Positions 59,620 through 64,000 of a DNA stretch of 64,000 nucleotides are shown here, in pieces (position 1 is the first letter of the stretch; every line of letters starts with the position of its first letter). This DNA comes from Macrostomum lignano (taxonomy: Eukaryota), in contig NIVC01001580.1 of assembly GCA_002269645.1 (NCBI GenBank), forward strand, positions 114,003-178,002, in the 5' to 3' direction. The position numbers were made by a program, and so were the translations under genes. Under the pieces are notes generated by a model that was not told where the DNA came from, did not search any database, and saw nothing but the letters and a program-made list of their open reading frames with translations.

Positions 59620-62600
59620 TCACTTGCAGCTTCGGCAGCCGCAAGCCCGAATCACCTGGTACTTGAACGTCTTGGTGACTCCGCCAGCTGAAAGTTAAAT
59701 AGTTCATGTAATTAGTTGTTTGTTCAAGGCTGACCACAGAATGAAACCCCGGCCTAGGCTACCTCAATTGAGCAGGGTGCAATTGATACATGATTGAACT
59801 AATATTGGTATTATTTGCTCAAGTCTGGAACTCCAAGACTAGCTCGAGAGAACTTTGCTTTGAACGAACTGAACCGAGGAGGCACTCACGGCAAGACAGC
59901 TGCGTCTCCATAGTGCTCGTGGATGTTGGCTGGCAGCAGGCGCACTGACTGACCAGCATGCCCGTAGCCTCGCTCACGTAGGCACCGCTGGAGCAGCCAC
60001 CCGCGCAGGCGGTCAGGGCCACCGCCTTGGTTGACACGCAGTCGCCCTGACGCAGCACCTTGGCCGCAGTTGTCACCGGCTTGCAGTTGGATGGCGCCTC
60101 AGTTGTTGTAGCATTTGTAGTTGTTGTGGCAGCCAGAGTGGTTGTTGTAATGGCGGCTGTAGTTGTTGTTGTAGCGGGAGTTGTTGTGGTGCAGGCCTCG
60201 ATCATCTCGCAGACGACGTTGCCAGACGACAAATTGCGCATCGTGTAGCCGGCTGGACAGACGTAGCCGCAGTTTACGTAGCCTGACTTGATGCACTTGG
60301 ACCGGACGTCGGTCATGTTGCTCATGGACTCGGAGCCGCATGGCAGTCGCAGAGGTGTAGCGTGCAGACTGGCGCAGTGGTTGTGACGATAGCGGTAGTT
60401 GTCGTAGTTGGAGCAGTCGTGGTGGTCACAGGCTCGCAGTAGCAGCACTTGTTGCCCTTTACCACAGGTGCCATGCCGTTGGCGCATTTAGCTGGGCATT
60501 CTGTGATCTTCTCTACCAGCCTGGTTTCGCCCGATGAGGTTCGTCGGCACTCGAGCGACTTGCACGGGCCGTCAGACCACACCGTGTCGAGAGGGTGCTT
60601 CACGCCCTTGTACTCGCAGTACTTGATCGGCACGCACTCGCAGCACTTACCATCGGCGGGGTCGTCGTTCTTCATCACATATCCAGATGGGCAAGTTGAC
60701 AGATGGCAGCCAGACTCCTTGCACACGGCGCCCTTTTCCATGGTGCACTCGCAGGAGCGGCACTTGTCAGTCCATTTCTTTCCAACTGGATACTTTACAC
60801 CCTCCATCTCGCAGGGGCAGCTGGGCACGCACTTTCCTGAGGCCTCGTCCATGTAGGTGCCCTTCGGGCAGGCGCAGCCAGGCTTGCAGGTTGCGAGACA
60901 GGCAGCAGACATCTTGCGGTGCTTGCAGGTCTTGTGGCAGTCTTTGCACGGTGTCCACTCCATGCCACCGGCTGAGGGACGAGTAGATTTGCAATTGTTT
61001 TTACCTGCGTATATAGAATTAAAATTAACTGGCAGAGGCAATGCTCAAAACTTACTGCAATTGTGGCATCCGTCACGCTCTGTGTTCACTTCACGCACCA
61101 GTCCGCTAGCTGTGCACAAAACATCTGTGCAATTCTTCGCACTCGGGATCTTCTCACCAATCTGAATAATCAAAGGATGGTGGGTTGTACCGCTATGTTA
61201 TCATGACATTAATATCCAAAATATGAAGTGAAGCTACATGTATATTGATGCAAAGATGAATATTACAAACCTTGAGTACTCTGCTCTGAACGCTGTAGTA
61301 ACACGGGCACTCCGTTCGAGCGATGCATTTTCCTCCGTTCATTACCATTCCCTCCGGACAGGTGCAGCCTGGCAGGCAAGCAGATCCTGTCGGGCACTCG
61401 GTCTTGTCGCAGGTCTTCACACAGGTGCAGTTGGTGGGCACCATTGGCGATTTGCACTCGGGCGGGCAACCGTAGACCCGGATGTTGAGGCCGGCGGCCA
61501 AATCTGACCTGATGCGCTGAATGTTGATGCGCACGGCGAGCGTATCGATAAGATCCGCCTTTAGCATGGCCAGCCGAATTCGCTGATATTCGCCAAACTT
61601 GTCGTTCATGTTCCACAGCCGGATGGCTCCAGAGGCATCTTTGACAGGTGTAAATACTCGATTATCGGTGCTGACGTCAATGGATACGGAACGGATATTG
61701 TACGGGCTGATGTCAATGTGCGACAGCTGGATGGTGTCTCTGAAGCGAACGCTCAACGACGGGTTGGAATCGCTGGAGGCTGAACGCCAGCCTGTAGAGG
61801 TTGGCGCTGCGTTGCTTACAGTTCTGCCTTCCTCTGTTGAAGAAGCGTCAAAGCGCAGGAAGAAGCCGCTAGATACATCGCTGACAACCTTGTCACACAC
61901 TGGTGGCGGAGTCGGAGCCACTTTGTCTCCAAGACTGTAGTTGTTGCAGGCGTGGTGCGTGGTTGTAGTTGTAACAATCTTAGTTGTTGTTGTGATTGGC
62001 TCCGCTGTGGTCGGGCGATGCGATGTGCAGACGCCGGCTCGGCAGTTGCTCCAAATCTTGCCTCCCTTCTTGGAGTCCCAGCGGCACTGGCACTCTCTGC
62101 AGTCACCCATGTCACACCACTCATCAATGCGGATGTCAGTTGTGGTTCCGTTTCTGAACTTGCACTGGCAGGCTCTGAGACATGTATCTGAGCCTGGGTA
62201 CTTGACACAATATCCCTTCATGTTGTTTCGATATCCAGTTGGACAGATAGATGATCCGCAGTTCGACAGAATGCTGTGACATTTGGAGTTAGAGTTTACA
62301 GGCTCACTGAATCTCACGGATGTCATCTCTTCGCATGTCACTTCTTTTAGGCAGGTGCTTGGAAGTGGCGACTTACAATCGATTGGAGGCGTTGTAGTGC
62401 AACCAACCGTGTCCTTGACGCAGAATTTGTCGACCTTGCTGTAGCCATCTGGACAGCAAGTGACTGTCTTTGCAATGCACGCAAACTGCTCTGAGATGGA
62501 TCCCTTAAAGTCAGTCAGCTGAACTGAGGACGCACCACCAGGGGCTCGCACTTGAGCGTTTCGGTCGCAGCCGAAGTCCAACAGACAAGTCTCGTCGCAA

Positions 62601-64000
62601 GCTGGGCTAGTAGTAGTTGTTGCTGCTTCTGTAGTAGTAGTTGTTGCTGCTTTTGTAGTAGTAGTTGTTGGCGCTGATGTGGTTGTTGTAGTAGTAGTTG
62701 GCGTCGTTGTAGTTGTCGGAACTGGTGTAGTTGTTGTTGTTTTTGGTGTCGTTGTGGTTGTAGGAACTTGTGTTGTAGTTGTAGTTGTCTGCGGTGTTGT
62801 TGTGGTAGTCGTTGGCTCTGGTGTGGTCGTTGTTGTTGGTTCTGGTGTTGTTGTGGTAGTTGTTGGCTCTGGTGTGGTTGTTGTTGTTGGTTCTGGTGTT
62901 GTAGTGGTAGTCGTTGTCTCTGGTGTGGTTGTTGTTTTTGGTTTTGCTGTTGTTGTAGTAGTCGTAGTCGTTGGTATTTCTGTAGTTGTTGTTGTTGGAG
63001 TTGTAGTAGTGGTTTTTGGAGTGTTGTTGTTGTTGGTGTTGTTGTGGTAGTAGGGACTGGCGTTGTTGTTGTTGCTGTTGTTGTTGTTGTTGTTGTTGTC
63101 GGCGCTTCCGTTGTTGTGTAACGAGGAACAGTTGGTGGTTTGAACGGCGTCTTCGCTGTGGCTGTTGCAGTTCCAGCAGTATTAGTATTAACGCCATTCA
63201 TTTTGCAGATCTTAAGGCTAATAGTAGCAGTAACATCTGCTGCAGATGGGAAAGTAACATTTGTGAACCTTATCTTTGTAATTTTAGCCCTCGGGGCAAC
63301 TTCAAATGTAAGTCCGGATGAAATAGTTCCCTTCGGCTTGCCAACTTCATTGATTGGGGTCCAAGCTGTCTCGTTGGCATATATGTACTCAGCCACGACT
63401 GATCCGGCGACTGGCGAGTCCACGCGAACCTAGAACAATGTAAGTAGTGTACAATATTGAAAATAGAAATAACAAATACTTTATTTAGCTTTTACTTTTG
63501 AAAATAGAGTCTCGGTGAGTTACAAACCTGAGCCAATTTTAGAGAGCCGTACATGCGGTTCATGACGACCTCAATACTAGGCGACTTAGCGGAAGCTGGG
63601 ATTGTCCATTTATTCTGAGAGAACGATCCCACACTGACTGTAACGGCTGTCGCAGGAATGTAGCTCGGGTTATTGATGGCTTCTTCAAGAGTGTCACAAT
63701 CGATAATAGTTGTGGTTGTTACTGCGGCTGTGGTAGTGGTTGTTGGTGCAGTTGTCGTCGTTGGCGCAGCAGTTGTTTGTTGTTGTCATTGGTTTTTGAG
63801 TTTGTAGTAGTGGTTGTTGAAGCAGTCGTTGTAGTAGGCGTTGTTGTTGTTGTCGTCGGCAGCGGTTGTTGTGGTCGTCGCAGCTGTTGTTTGTGTAGTA
63901 GCAGCAGTGTTGTTGTTGCTGCAGTTGTAGTCTTGTCCTTGATTTCGCTCAGTTGGAGTGGGGAGTTGTTGTTGTTAGTTGGCCGCAATGGTAGTTGTTT
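59620..64000 (-). CDS. C-terminal part of a large gel-forming mucin/hemolectin-like secreted protein; exons >64000-63528, 63429-61271, 61161-61056, 60971-59890, 59687-59620; two apparent 1-bp frameshifts (~63020, ~60365)
   Basis: Thr-rich tracts and two FA58C/discoidin-like domains (one ending LNIRVYGC). TIL domains CVKTC...CLPGCTCPEGMV and CHKTC...CKPGCACPKG; VWC-like GKKWTDKCRSCEC. The C-terminal cystine knot CAGGC...CACCQP...C|PGG...VIRACGCRSCK* ends at 59620. Confidence 0.85.

Overview
This is eukaryotic (metazoan invertebrate) DNA, very rich in tandem repeats. The gene content and repeat style suggest a free-living flatworm such as Macrostomum, which is an inference and was not verified. 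Left to right the window holds: (1) the 5' part of an APE-type LINE on the minus strand, abutting a (CTG)24 tract that begins an intronless, disrupted neprilysin/M13-like gene; (2) two tandem, almost intronless TRP-channel genes combining ~14 ankyrin repeats with a TRPM-like pre-S1/TM/TRP-box module; (3) a complete 9-exon LRRC45 gene (minus strand, 692 aa reconstructed by hand), most of whose introns carry a different mini- or microsatellite; (4) three copies of a secreted fibrinogen-domain (FReD) gene with an unrecognised, internally duplicated N-terminal domain (one pseudogene, one deletion remnant, one intact); (5) a Mag-like Ty3/Gypsy element nested, with a 5-bp TSD, inside the gag of a DIRS/Ngaro-like element, followed by a second M13-like fragment; (6) a small secreted WSC+PAN gene; and (7) the C-terminal part of a large mucin-like gene (Thr-rich, FA58C, TIL, VWC, cystine knot) running off the right edge. 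A tRNA-derived SINE, several MITEs and about 15 tandem arrays are interspersed. There is no CRISPR array, rRNA or intact tRNA. Most long ORFs over repeats are artefacts. Exon boundaries were read by hand, and repeat edges are approximate.
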